This document shows positions 47,190 through 60,916 of a stretch of 64,000 bases of DNA, one piece after another; position 1 is the stretch's first letter, and every line of letters begins with the position of its first letter. The notes below the pieces were generated by a model that was not told the DNA's origin, ran no database searches, and saw only the letters and a list, made by a program, of their open reading frames with translations. The translations under genes and the position numbers were made by a program. The stretch comes from Pseudogymnoascus verrucosus (Eukaryota): assembly GCA_001662655.1 (NCBI GenBank), contig KV460210.1, one strand, 5' to 3'.

Positions 47190-47893
47190 TGTGTAGATGT
47201 TGCGGTCGACTACTTGTAGGTTTATTATATGCTTGAGGTAGTAAATAGATGGAAGAGTCGATTGTGAAGCTCAAGTAAAGCAAGGTAAAGCCAGAGTGTT
47301 ACCACGATGCCTAGCTACCTGTTTCTCCGCAGGAATATGCACGTATGCCGATCAGACCACGAATTCGGTCTCACAAGAGTTGCGCAAGGTTCCAGCCGAG
47401 CTATTTTGTAGGTCTTAAGAGCTCCGATTTGGAGAGCTTCTTTGTGATTCCGAACTGGAGGTATCAATGTTATGTGCTGTGTTTCTGTTGTGTATCCATC
47501 AGTTACTCGTTCTCTCATATTATCCGCCCAGGTAACCCTCAGCAAGTAGACACCCGAGATGAATATTGCGCGAATTGAGTGGAGGTATGGTCTAAAAACT
47601 CACGGAAATTTTTCTACTATTTATTCCTTAACCCTATGCAAAATCAATCAATATAATATACAATAACTATCCTTTAATGTCCTCCGATCCCGCTGGTTGA
47701 AGTTGAACCCCTCATGACGTCGGAGCTCCCCCCCCCACTCACCGCCTAAATTCTGCCGCCTCCACCTCAAAACAACCTAGCTCAGCCTTCTCCAGAATTT
47801 CCAAAATTCACTTTCTCGACAACACCACACCGATCAACATATCAACAACCTCACCATAACCCCTCACAACACTCCCACAAACAAATACCAACA

Positions 47894-48758
47894 ATGGCGA
47901 CTACCCCTCCATCCATCGCCATCCCAGGCCAGCCCCTCGGCGCCTCAACCAAATACATCCCAGGCCCAGGAACGCACCTCCACCTCTCCCAAATCCACGC
48001 ATCCATCCTCGGACCCATTCACCTCACCCACCCCCCCAAGCCAGTCGGTCCTCAGAAGCGTCTCACCAAGATCACTCCCTCGGCGCCGACACCCCTACCT
48101 ACCATCTCTGTCCTGCGCAGCCCGGTACTCGACACCAAACCCGGCGAGGTGCAGACGGCGAAGCGAGAGGCTATTCCGGAGGTCGGCAGTATTGTGCTGT
48201 GCCGCGTGACGAGGATCACGGCGAGGCAGGCGAGCGTGGCAATCTTGGTTGTGGGTGAGACGGTTGGGGAGGGAGAGTGGCAGGGCGTTGTGAGGGTGCA
48301 AGATGTGCGGGCGACGGAGAAGGATAGGGTGAAGATTGCAGAGAGCTTCAGACCGGGGGATGTGGTTAGGGCTATTGTGGTATGTCTTTTTTTTCTTTCT
48401 CGTTTCTACGAGATTTCAGTTTTCCTTCTTTGCTTCTATCTTACTACTTCGGCGTCGTTTCCCGGCTCGCCCCTTTTCCCTTGCCCCTCACCCTACCCCT
48501 TTCCCTCCCCCTTTTTCCATCCCACTCCTAACTTCCCTCCCCCTCAACCCCCTATCCACCCAAAACCACATTCTAACAATCAACTAGATCTCCCTTGGTG
48601 ATCAGTCAAACTACTACCTCTCCACCGCCCGCAACGACCTCGGCGTCCTCATGGCCACCAGCGACGCCGGCAACGCCATGCACCCCGTCAGCTGGCGCGA
48701 GTACCGCGACCCCGTGACCGGCACCAGCGAGCTGCGTAAGGTCGCTAAGCCTTTCTAG
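47894..48758 (+). CDS. CSL4: Exosome complex component Csl4
   Basis: IAIPGQPLG..PGPGT, PEVGSIVLCRVTRI, DVRATEKDRV..SFRPGDVVRAIV, intron, then ISLGDQSNYYLSTARNDLGV..ELRKVAKPF*. Confidence 0.95.
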
Positions 48759-48950
48759 AGAGGTCTATCTATCTACCTATCCCCTCTTATTCGCCTTATC
48801 TATATTCACTGGGAGGGAGGCAAAAGGGGAAACGGGCGCTCTGCCAATGGTTTGCAAGCGGCGAAAGGGGAGCGCTGGAAATGATTTGCCCGCGGCGAAA
48901 AGGGCGCTGCCGAAGTCCTTCAAGATGGTGGGAGGCGACAGATTACCTAT

Positions 48951-49182
48951 TCTCCCTGCGCCTGGCTCACGGGTTCAATTCAATCCGTTGAGTCACCTAT
49001 CGTCAGCAGGCCGTTGGCAAGGGGAAGGGGGTAGAGGGGTCGAGGCGTAGAGGCTTACACGGCGTGTTCCGCGAGGTTGTGGGAGACGACAAACCACCTC
49101 TCTCCATGTGCCTGGTTCACGGATTCAATTCGCAGTCACTTATCTTCAGCGGGCAAGGGGGGAAAGGAAAGGGGTAGAGGGG
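48951..49182. repeat. Imperfect direct repeat of about 85 bp (2 copies)
   Basis: TCTCC..CCTGG(C/T)TCACGG(G/A)TTCAATTC..AGTCAC(C/T)TATC..TCAGC..GGCAAGGGG..GGGGTAGAGGGG at 48951-49040 and 49101-49182. Confidence 0.75.
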
Positions 49183-52100
49183 TAGGGGAAAGGGGTAGGG
49201 GGGTAGGGGGTTAAAGGGATGGGTGTGCGCCGCGCGTTTCGCGAGGGGTGCGTGTGTCTGCTGCGCATGTTCTGCAAGGGGGCTGGGGTGGGTGGGTGTG
49301 GGAGGTGCCAAACTACCTATTCCCCCCTTCCACTCACCAACCCTGTATACGGCCTACAGTCCCCCTTCCAGTCACCAACCCTGTCTGCGGCCAACCCTCA
49401 CCCTCTACCAATCCACCCAGTCTGCAGACCTAACGCAGGGACACAACCTCGGCAATCGCATATGTCCACCAAACCCATCATCGGGCTTGGCAGCAATCAC
49501 GCCGGCGGTCCGACTCTCCTCTCACTACTCTCTCACTACTCTCTTATCACTGCTCTACTTCCCCATTACCCGGATCCGGAACAAGAACGAAAAAATCACC
49601 TCAGCAGCCTCACAACGTTACACCCCCCATCTCACCCAAGGCTTCCATCGGCCCAACTCACCCGCTGATGTGAGCCCGCCGCCCCAACCAAAGACCGCTC
49701 TAGACTATACCCCGTCCGCGATAGGGGTGTGGACCCAGTGGACCCCCCCCCCCCCCCTTCGCCTCCTCGTCCCCGCTGTCATCGCCACCACAACCACCAC
49801 GTCCGTGCGTCCGGGAAGGTCCAAGAATTAGGGAGCGGGTCGGTCGGTCGGTCGGTCGGTTGGCAGAGGGAGGGAGTCTTCCGCCGTCACTGCCAACTTT
49901 CTTCTCTCTATCTCCGGTTCTGCTCTAGCTCGGTGCGGCGGGGGGGGTTTAACATGTGTGTTGGTTGGTGTGGTGGTGGTGGGTGATAGTGCGATCTGAG
50001 ATCGGGAGAGGGACGCCGGGGGGGGTGAGGTGGTGGTACTGTATCGGCGAGGGGGAGAGCGTCAGTTCGGCGTCACCGTTTTATTTCGCCACCTGGCTTG
50101 CGTGATCTTGAGAGTGACGGGGGGAAGGGAAAGTTTAGACGGGGGGGGAATAAAGTTGGGATGGATGGGTGGCGAAAAGCAGGATTGCCGTCGTCGTTGG
50201 CGATGTACTTACTGTGCAGTACGCTACAAGTAAATACAGTTACAATGACAATAACAAGTTTTCCCTCTCTCAAACCTATCCAAAGATTCCCCCAACATCC
50301 GGATGCAGCAACTCCTCCGCGCCCAGTGACGTTCCCAAGTACCACTCGTGTACATTCCTCTTCCTCCTCCTCTACTTCTTCTTCCATCGTTCTGCAGAAA
50401 CAATTACCCAAGATTCAAGATTCCAAATCCTCTACAACGTCGTGGGAAAACGGGTTTTCAGTTTCCAGGTCCCTGGGAATTTTTACGTAGGGTGCGAGTC
50501 GTACAAGACCAAGGATTGGATGTGGAGGGGAGGGGAGCCGGGGAGCCGAGAGGTGAGAGGGTGTGATCATGGAATTTGCCTGAGGGGGTGATGGGGTGAT
50601 TGATTGATGGATGGGTAAACGCCGGGGAGTTTGGGGGGGGGTGGTATTGCAATGGGAGGGAGCTGGGGTCAGCCCTATGCCCCTCCCCCTCCTCCTGCCC
50701 CTCTTCCCTACACCTACCTACCTATAGACCAGGAGGCACGCGTGCACCCCCCTAAGCGTTCATGCTTACAAGCAAATCAGTCATCCGAGCCAAGAAAAAT
50801 CCAGCCAGCTGCCCACTTCTAACCCGTCCTCCCTCCCTGCCCAGTAAAACGCCCAGCTACTACTACTACTTACTACTGCACGGAGAACAGGTCCGTCCAT
50901 TAATCACTCACGCACGCACGCACCACCTTTCGATCCTTCGATTGCCAAGGCAAGAACAAGACAGGAAGGTACGGAGGCAGACGATCAACTCACTTGCTTA
51001 GTGGACGATCACGGCTCGCACGTCCAGCGCTCTTAGTATGGTATGATAATCGCGTTTCGCACGTCCGCTGTTCTTAGTATGGTGATCAGAGCAGCCAAGG
51101 ACGACGGCGTGCTTGGTGACTGCGCGCGTTTCCGCTGTGCGTTCCGCTACGTTATGATAGGAGTAAAAAGGGAGGAGGGGGGCCCCGCTGTCTGTCAGCG
51201 TAGCTCTGCAGTTGCTCTAGACCCTCGCCGCAGGCGGCTGTTATGTTCGCGCGCGGTGCGGTGGAGAGCTGGGAGGGGGGGAGGGGGTTATCCACTGCCC
51301 CTCCTGCCCCTCTATCAACCACGAAAATAGGAAGACAGCTGTATGGATGGGGAGTTCATGAGGCGGGATGGTTTGGCTTGGCTTATCGTTTATCGTTTAT
51401 AGTGGTGTATCGATCAATCCACTTCCTCACAATCACTCCTGGGCATCTGTAAATCCACTCATAACACTCAACCATAGCTCTCATACCCACTGTCCAGTCT
51501 GTCTATTAACTAGCAAAATAGAAAGACAGATGGGGAATCTTCGGGGTAGGTTGGAGTATTGGGAGGATACCTTATCGATTCATTGTCTATTGCCACTCCT
51601 CTCCGGAGGCGTGTAAATCCACTTCTCTCCCCATCAACCCTCTGCGCATCCCCCCCCTCCGCCCCGTCTATCACCCACAACTCCCTTGCCCAGCCCACTA
51701 CCCCCGTCTATCACCAACAGCTCCCCCCAGCCCCTCCCCCTTCTCACCCACCACTCCCCCCTCCCTCCTCCTCCCTCAACCCATCCACCACCACCCAAAC
51801 CCACTTCCCCGCAAACCTCAACCGCAACATCACACCATGTCTCACCCACCCCCCCGTCCGTTCCTGCATGCATCTCATGCACAGCGGCTGTCTCGGCGCG
51901 TGGTGTGTCACCCACCTGCCCCTTCCACACGCCCAGCTAAGCCACTGCACACGCCCGCGGAGAACTTCAGAATCCACTGCACCCACCACATCCACTCCCT
52001 GAAGCAAACGCCGCCGCGCCGCACGCAGGTCCAGCATCGTGGGCCACACACACACTGCACTCCACCACTCCACCACCTAACACTCCACTCCACTACACTC

Positions 52101-54506
52101 CACCACCCTACCTTACTACAGTAAACTACACACCACACTACATCCCGTCCCTCAGGTGCACACACCACCACCCCCGTCGATCGATCGATCTCCCACCGCC
52201 CCAAAAGTGCGGGGAACCCAGTCCAGTTAGTTCGCTTGCGAGGTCGTTGACGGGCTGAGTGGTTCGTTAGGCGGTGGTAGGCGGTCTTAGTGGGTGGTAA
52301 GCGGTCTTAAGTGGCTGCTTAGACGGTCTTAGTGGGGATAGTGGAAAGCTTGGCCTTTTGGGTGTGGGTGGTGGGGACGGCTTGGGTTAATCGATAGTTA
52401 AGGGCGGGTTTGGAGGGTGAGACAAGGCTGTTGTGCTGGGAGAGCTGGGGGGGAGGGTGAGTGAGATGGGCGCGGTTTTGCGCGGTTTGCGCGGCAGATG
52501 GTAGATCGTAGATCGTAGATCGTAGATGGGATGAGATGGGTGCGGATGGTATTTGAGATTTGGGATTTGAGGGAGTGGGACGGAAACAGGGGGGTTGTTT
52601 GGGATTGGGATTGGGATTTTGGTAGAAGAGGGGGGGGTAAGGTGAGCGGGTGGAGAGTACACCAAGGAGACAGGAGACAGGAGAGAGGGGAGCGAGGAGA
52701 CGCCGCCAGAGCTCTTTGTTTATCCCCCACCACCTCAGTAATGTATCCCCAGCGACCACCTCCTCGCCACCATCCTCTCTGCCACTTCTAACACTTCCAC
52801 CATCTCAACCACCTCGCTTTCCCCCTCCCGCCGTTGCCTTACTCGCATCCCTCGCATCCATCCCTCGCAGATCCAGATCCATAACCCGTGTCTACATCTA
52901 CATCTACTCACTATAGAATAGTGGGTTTTGCGGGGTAGTGAGGTGAGGTGAGTAAGTGTGGTCTGATAATCTGAATCTTGCATGTAACTGTACTGTACTG
53001 TATGTCTGATATTGTACTGTACTATACTGTGGGTTTTTGTGGTCTGGGCGGTGGCTGAGGAGGGGGTGGATAGAGTGAGGAGGGGACGGGAGGTGTGAGA
53101 TGAGGTTGATTGAGAGTGATATGAGGCAGTTACGCGTGTAAAGACGTGGAAGTGGCGTCTTATTGCGTGTATGCGTATACGCGTCGTTACTCCCTACAAG
53201 TCATACTGTATCCGTTATATCCGAACTATATTCAGCGGTAGAGTATCATCTCCATTGTCTACAGCAGTACCGAAATCCCCATATCAAATCCTGAGACGGG
53301 GTGAAGAAGTCCGGTTCCCCCACCTAATTGGCCCGATAAGCAATCATGGGAATTCAAACAATCCCCTCTCCCATCGATCCTGCGATTGCGATTGCGATAT
53401 CCAAACCCATACCCATGGATACCATCCCATCCAGCAATGGTGTGTAGACACGGACTACACAGCTCCGTTGCTAAGGGTCGCCGTCTGGGTCGTGAGGTCT
53501 CGTTTGGTACCATGAACCCAACTTACCACCACAGTAAGCTCAACTACACAGAACAGTCAGCGGACGGGATGGGGATGGATACCTTGGACGTGGGATACCC
53601 ATTCCTCCCCCCGTACCGTCGTCGTGGAGCTCACATCCTATAGCTTGGACCCTTGGTCTTGGAGCATGGGTAGGCGCTTTGATAACTCTGGTAAAGACAG
53701 CGGAAAGGAGGGGAAGGGGGGCAAAAGAGAGGTAAGGAGGGGCAAAAGAGAGGTAAGGAGGTTGGTAACGAAGGTAAGGGAGTCGTCGATGGGGATAGAT
53801 GGGTAAGCTCGCTCTCCCAACTCCGGTAGCGATGCGGAAACCCCCCAGTCGGACCAGATGTTATAAGAGTGAGCAAGTGAGTGAGTGAGGAGAGGAGGGG
53901 TGACTGATCATCTGTCATCCTCTTACTACTCCTACTGCAGTTGTTAGCAACAATAACTGTGTCATTCACCTACTAGCTAACCAACCAGCTTACCTACACC
54001 AAACCAAACAATTGCCGCGTGTGGGTGCGCCGCCATCACCCCTCGCCGTCACTTGCCGCTCACTCAATCAATCAATCCCCTTGCTTGGCGGATACGATAA
54101 ACGAACCTCAACCTCGCATCGCATCAATCGGCATAAACGAGAGCACGGACTGTACGTACAAGCGGGGAGGGGAGTAAGCTGGGAACCACAACGGGAGGTC
54201 ATAGCCGTGGCCACGGCCATGGCCAAGGGTTATGTCTGTGCGGCTTACTGTACCTCCGTCCTAGCTGTAGGCTGGACTGGCCGGCCTTGATTCTGGCCTC
54301 AACTCCTACTATTGTGGGCTTGTTATCCAATTCTATAGCGCGTTGAAGGAGGGAGGGGGGAGAAGGCTGGGTCGTGGACGGGGATGAGGTTGGTAGGTTG
54401 GGTGGTATGTTGGTAAGGGGCAAGGATGCAGATTACCCTGATTACTATCCCCCTCTCGAGAGGCTGATCAATGTGTGTCCTCCAGGCTTTCCATGTGATA
54501 TTCGGA

Positions 54507-54575
54507 GGACCACCATCGCTGAGTATCTATCAGTATCTATCATACAGTATCTATCATAATCAGCGATGGTGTTCC
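54507..54575. repeat. Inverted repeat enclosing three AGTATCTATCA copies
   Basis: CACCATCGCTGA (54511-54522) and TCAGCGATGGTG (54560-54571) are perfect 12-bp complements. Confidence 0.85.
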
Positions 54576-57500
54576 GTCCACGTTCAGGGATCTTCGGTGA
54601 AGAAGGGGAGGGTACTATGGTAAAGAGACGGAGGGACGGTTTGATATCTGGTATCGGTATCAGATGATGTGTATTATCCCGGTTTGTATCGAGATAGATA
54701 CGTGTTTGAATCTTTGGATATCACCACAATCACTCTATACCCATTCATCTCCCTCTCCCATCCCATACCCCCATTGCCGCCGTCTATCAATCCAACCCCC
54801 CCCCAACCCCTCTCATCCATCACCAACACGTGTTCCCCCCCCCCCCGTCTCTTCCCTTCCCATCTCGCCACATCCACATCGCCATGCAGACAATCCCTAA
54901 TCCCCAATCCCAACCCCCAGCTCAAGCCACCATCCACCACCACCACCCCAGTCCCATGTCTCTATCCGCACTTTGCCACCACCTTGAAAAGCCACAACCC
55001 ACCACACCACCTCAAGCCACGCAAGCCACATCCACTCTAAACTCCCCTCCACCACGCAGGCTGCGAAGGCTGGACTGTTCGATGGACCAGGTGCCTGGAT
55101 GGAGATAGCCACGCCCTCTTACCCCTCCACACATACACACCAGCCAGCCAAGCCATCGACAGTGCCCCTCCACACCCCTACATACCTGCCATTACAGCCA
55201 TCTACCCCCCCTCCTACCCCTCCTACCCCTACCCTCACACGCACACCAGAAAGCAAGCAGGCAACCCAATCGAGCCTCCTACCTCCCACTACTCCCAAAC
55301 CACCCTAAACCACCCTAGCTCCACTTCCCACCACCCACCACCTCCCGCCTCCTCCCACCACCTTTCACCACCAACCAACCACAGCACCCATACCACCACA
55401 GCACCTTCCCAAACACTAAACCTTACGCGGTTTAACGCCCAACGTTCAGATCATGGCCTGGCCAGAGCGTCTTTCGCCTCCTCCCCTCACATCCCTTCCA
55501 CCAACCTTGCGCGGTTTTGTTTCGACTTGCGGATGCGCGGGGGATGGGATGGGGGGTGTGTAACAGTCGGTGGGGGCTTGGCGGTGGTGGAGGGGTACAG
55601 TAGTCGTATTTCGTACACAGGGTGCGAGGGTGCGAGGAGGGAAGGGGAAAAAGGGAGGTCGGAGATAAAATAGTCTACAGCTACGGAGCAGGGAGGCAGG
55701 GCAGGGTGTATGGGAGGGATAAGGGCGGATATGACGAGTTTGTTCGGGGAATAAAAATATATGGAAATGGACAGGGAGGTGTGTCAGTTCTTGCGACGCG
55801 TTGCCCGTGAGTGTGAGATGGGTTGAGCTGTGAGATGCAAAGTGAGGAGGGGTAGAGGGGTAGAGGGGAGGGGAGCTATCAACCACAACCACAACCACAA
55901 TACTGTAACAATATCGCGCACCAGATCTCAGGATATCCCTCACTCACTCACAAAACGGAGATTCCCAGCGCCCCAAACTATAGAGCAGGCTCACTATACA
56001 TTACCACCACACACACACATGGCACTCACGATATCCCGCACACAACGGAGATTTCCAGCGCCATAAGCTGCACCCCTCACTCCTCACTGTCTCTCCTCTC
56101 TTCCTCTCCCCTTCTCCTACCACTCTCTAACCACGAATAGTCGCCATTCGTAGCAGCGCGGCGTCGCATTGTAAGACCAGGTAACGCCACCACCACTGCA
56201 GCCACACTCACTCTTTCCGCATCGTACCTCCATGCCCACTACTCTCACACCTCCCTCTTCACACTCATCGCCAAGGTGTGGTTCTGCACAGCATATGCCA
56301 CAGGGTTTCATCGCCACATGCACGATTACGTCCTTTAGTGATAGTCCAGCAAGCAATCCAAGAATAGAAGGGATACACAACCATAGGCAGCGCTCAGTCC
56401 CCCCCTTGGCCTCCGTCGCGCGATATGACATCGGGAGGCCGGATGGGGCTTGGTAGTCCATTTCCCTACCCTACAGAGTAAAAGTAGAGACGGAGTGTCC
56501 GTGCTTGGTAGTGAGTGTCCTTGTGCGTGCTTGGTGCGTGCTGGGAGCATGGTTTTGCTTCCTTGCTTAGCCGTTTGAAAAAGCGCTAAGACTGCTACAG
56601 TAATACTGCTGATACTGCTAACACTCGCGGTCATGGTGCAGGTAATGTGAGGGAAGTAGAAAGTAGAGTTTTTCCAACGGTTGCTGCAAGGACATGCCTA
56701 TATAATTAGTTGGCGTTTAGTAAGGAAGGGGCAAGCAAAGGATGGATTCGACTGATGTTGCCCGTTAAACAAGGATATGTCTCGCCTTTGTCGTGAAAAT
56801 CCCATCCTACACAGCAAAACGCCGTTTTGTTCTCCCATCCTCACGCACTTCCACCTCAAATCCCACCACCTCCGAAACGAAGCCAAAGGGTTCCACGCCG
56901 CGGCGGTGGGTGGGTACGGTAGACGGGCAGAAAAAGCGGTAGTCGCAAAGGTTGGAAATGTGAGAGGTGACAGGGATACCGGAGAGATTGCCCGCTTGCG
57001 ATGTGGTTGGTGCATGGGGGGTGTGGTTGTGGCGTTTGGTCTGTGCGTTGGTGGGAGGAGGGGTTGAATTTGGTTTGGTGTGTGGTGGTGGTGGTGGTGG
57101 TGGTGGGCGCATACAACTACCCTATGTGCGTATAGTGCTATAGCTGTCTGGAGTTAAGGTGCGTGGCTGTTTCTGTACTGCTATACGGACGGTGGTATGT
57201 ATGTATACAAAAGCAGAAAAGCACATAGGGTCGAGTCGAGGGGAGGTATGCAGCTGTTTCGGTATACATACATAATCAACGCAGACACGCACGCAGGGTA
57301 CGATATCCCCATCGCCCTCGTGTGCAGGGAACTCAGTGCATAACATAACGAACAGAAGCCCTCCTCGGCTCTGCATTCCGTGTGGGTTGCACAGAAGGAG
57401 GACTGTACCCTGCGTCTGTCTGTGTATCCGTATTCAACGGCGGGCATCCTGATTCATCTATCCATACATATCACAACCCACCGATCCCATCTCATTCATC

Positions 57501-57764
57501 CCGTCTCCCAGGCCCTTCCCCTAAGACGCAGTTGGAGCCGAGAGATGCCACCATCACGCCGAGCCAGCCAACGTTCTCGCTGGGGATGGTTTGGTTAGGA
57601 GGCTTAGTCCTCTGTCACACCCACCACCACCGCACGCATCGAGATCGCGGAGGGTGGGTTACAGATGCGGCGGTGGAGGTGCACGCATAAGGTAGGGTGA
57701 GACATGCAGGAATTGTCTCGGCAGCATTTGAGTGACGGTTGGGGAGTGTAGCTGTGTAGTTCCT

Positions 57765-57896
57765 TAGTAGTGGTAGAATGTTAGTAATGTTAGTAGTGTT
57801 GGCAGTAGTAGCGGTGGTAGTAGTGATGTTAGTAGTCTTAGCAGTCTTAGCAGTCTCAGCAATGTTAGTAATGTTAGTACTCTTAGCAGTCTTACC
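57765..57896. repeat. Degenerate 9-bp / trinucleotide tandem repeat
   Basis: Runs of TTAGTAATG and TTAGCAGTC. Confidence 0.7.
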
Positions 57897-58199
57897 ATTC
57901 ACTCCAACTAGTAGTAGCAACAATGCAAGCTAACCGTTGAGCATCAGAGACAAGACAAGACAAGACAAGAGAGCCCCCATCGATCGATCGGCAGCGGCGG
58001 CCAGAGGTGGTGTGTGGTCAACACTCCCTCCCCTCCCTCCCACCTGTCTCCGAAGACGTGTGTGGCGGCCGATCGGGGGCTACAACTACAACCGAGCTCC
58101 TCTCCAAACATGGGATTTCACATAGTAGAGTAGTGAGACATTCAAGAATCCCATCCCACTCTTTTTCTTCCTTCTCTTTCGCCGTTTGGTTTCGCTTGT

Positions 58200-58260
58200 C
58201 TTGCTTGCTCCTTGCTCCTTGCTCCTTGCTGCTTGCTGCTTGCTCCTTGCTCCTTGCTCC
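58200..58260. repeat. Heptamer microsatellite CTTGCT(C/G)
   Basis: About 8 tandem units visible. Confidence 0.8.
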
Positions 58261-60657
58261 CTGTTCCAAGTGTGTAGCGCTGTGTACAGTATAAGTGGGT
58301 TGGTAGTTTGGTTAGTAGAGCGAACCTTCTTGTTGTTCTTGTCTCTCTTCCGGCAAGGCCGCTTTGCCTGTGCGCGTTAGTGGCTTGGTGGTTGGTGGTC
58401 TTGGTGGTGGTAGTGGGTATTGGCAATGGACTAGCGTGGCGGGATTACTTGCCTTGTTCTATTGTGGTGCTGCTTGCTGCTTGGCCTTGCTGCTTACTGC
58501 TGTTTGTTGTTGTTGTTGTTGTTGTTGTACTATTCCGATTCCCGCATTTTGAACATGGAATTAATTGTACGACCGTGCGTTGTGGCGCCGGCTAAGGTGT
58601 GGTTAGAGACTGTGAGAGCATTTTCTTGTTTTGAGGGTGTAGAGGGGGTACTGGTTACTTGTGATGAGTGGTGGGATAGGCGTGTGGGATTGGGAAGGTG
58701 CGAGTGGGATGGCGGGGATGGTAGGAGATGGCAGGAGATGGCATTAGATGCTAGAGATGGGAAAGTACACGATACTCTCGGCAGACTCGATGGGAAACAC
58801 AAACCTGGATCTGCCATGCTATGCCCTGTGGCGGTTGTGGGTTTATGGGTTCATGGGTTCATGTCGTCGTTCCCTTGCTTGTCTTGATCTTCCCTGTCCT
58901 TTCCCTGCCTTTCTTTCTTCCCTCCTCCTCTCCTCCCCTCTCCTCCAATTCCCTCTTACTAACCTTACTAAACCTTACTAACTGGAATCAACTCTACACT
59001 ACTACTACATACTTCCCCCTCCTTGGCAAAAGACCTTGGATACTGCACCTCCCTCCTGTACTCACTCACACACACAGACACATTAACTGCATCAGCCACT
59101 AATGTATCCACCACTACCCACTTATCCCACTCCATCCACTTATCCACAATCCACAAATCCATAATCCATTATCCATATCCATAATTCCCATCCATATCCA
59201 CTAATAACTTATGTAGCACTATACTGTCTACTGTCTATACCCAATCCACCTCCAATCCACCACTCCACCACCCATCCCTAATGCAGCTCCAATGCACCTC
59301 CAATGCACCTCACCTCACACCCCAATGCATCTCCCCAACCAGCCAATCAACCAACCATATCCCATTGTTCCTTTCTCCCCCAAGACCCCCCTGGTGAGTC
59401 CAGAACAAACAATACAGAAATACAACAGGATATACTATACATACCATAACAGAATGCAGAACCATCTCCGGCCTTCCCTACCACTACCACTACCACTACC
59501 ACTTTTGCCCCTACCCATCTTCGGCCAACAAGTTGTTGTTTACACTAGACTGCATACACACCAACCTGTATACACTTCACTACACTACACTACAAACAAA
59601 CCACCATACAAAACCAAACATATCCATACCTGTCTACTACCTACCCTTTGATACGTACCTCTTGCCTATGTTCCCGGCTTCCCAGCTTTCCCATGTCCCC
59701 TTCCAAGCTTTATCGTGCTTTTCCGACCTTCACGTTCACGCTTCACGCTTGCTGAAGACCCAATTCCCCATTCCCCATTTCCTCCAAATTCCCCCATTCT
59801 CCCAATCCCGGCCATTTCATGCCTCGAGGGTCAAAAAAAAAGGGCAGAAAATTCAAAATAGCCCATCATATCCAACATCCAAGGGAACACAAGAAGAGCA
59901 CGAACGCCACTTCTCCCCCAAATCCCTTCCCCCCCCCCGGCCCATCACCCCTCCTCTCCGTCCTTATCTTCGGAAATCCCCAAACTTCCTCGTCCCCCCT
60001 CCTCCCCTCCTTCCTTCCCCCTCTTTCCAATCCAGAATCATACACACACACACAAACGAACTTTCTGTACCAAAACCCAATCCACTACCGCCGAAACACA
60101 AATACAATCCCGAGCTTCTGCCTTCCCCGAGCGAGCTCTTCCCAATTCAATCTTCCTCGACCAAGATCCTCAACCGCAAGACACTCGGCCTTACCGACTA
60201 CACGCCACTACTCTCACTACTCAACAACTACTACTACTACACTACAACTACCACTACACCACACTACTTAATTACGTACCGCCCCCCCAATCCACCGCGG
60301 CTCGGCCTCCAATCGCCCCAACTCTCGTCTCCAAGCTTCAACCACCCTCTCCTTGCCGCCGCCCACCCAATCAGCCGCCTCGATAAGCCCAACCCATCAC
60401 CAACAGACGGGCAGTGCTCCGGGTAACGCTTGTCTCCTGGGTCTACAGTACACCACCACGCCGGCCGATTTCCACTATAGCCCTTTCTTGCCCTTCCGCC
60501 CGGCTCGTGCTAGGCCGATCGAGAGGAGATCGAGACAGGTTCAGAAGCAAAGGTCCAGAACCGTACCGCTAAAAGGCTGGGAACTAGAACCGACTAGCGA
60601 CGGACGGAGCTGTCTGGCTTGCTTAGCCCGCTGCTTACCTACCTACATACCTTTGCG

Positions 60658-60916
60658 TATATATAAGACTGTTGTGGGGTGCCAGGTTTTCAAGGGACGT
60701 AAAGAGCTGAGCTTGAATTAGTGAAGGTTATTATAATACGACGCAGCATTACTTAGCTGTGGGAACATACGCGTGGAGAGAACACTTGTGGTATGTTATC
60801 ACTTTGAGATGTCGTGCTTTCTTGCTTCATTTTCTCAGTTGTTGACAGCAGCAACTGGACGACGTTGGCGTCGATTATGAGAATAACATGCTGACCTTGT
60901 TTCTTCTTGCGCTTAG
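60658..60916 (+). promoter_or_regulatory. Probable TATA box and 5' UTR intron of the bZIP gene
   Basis: TATATATAAG at about 60658-60667, donor GTATGT 60791, branch GCTGAC 60890, pyrimidine tract, acceptor TAG 60914-60916. Confidence 0.55.

Noticed and set aside
47715..47720. TGACGT CRE half-site between DAK1 and CSL4
   Set aside because: A single hexamer, expected by chance.
59533..60426. 297-aa Pro/Ser/Thr-rich ORF in the gene desert
   Set aside because: Non-ATG start and low-complexity C/A-rich sequence that lacks stops by composition; no domain or codon signal.
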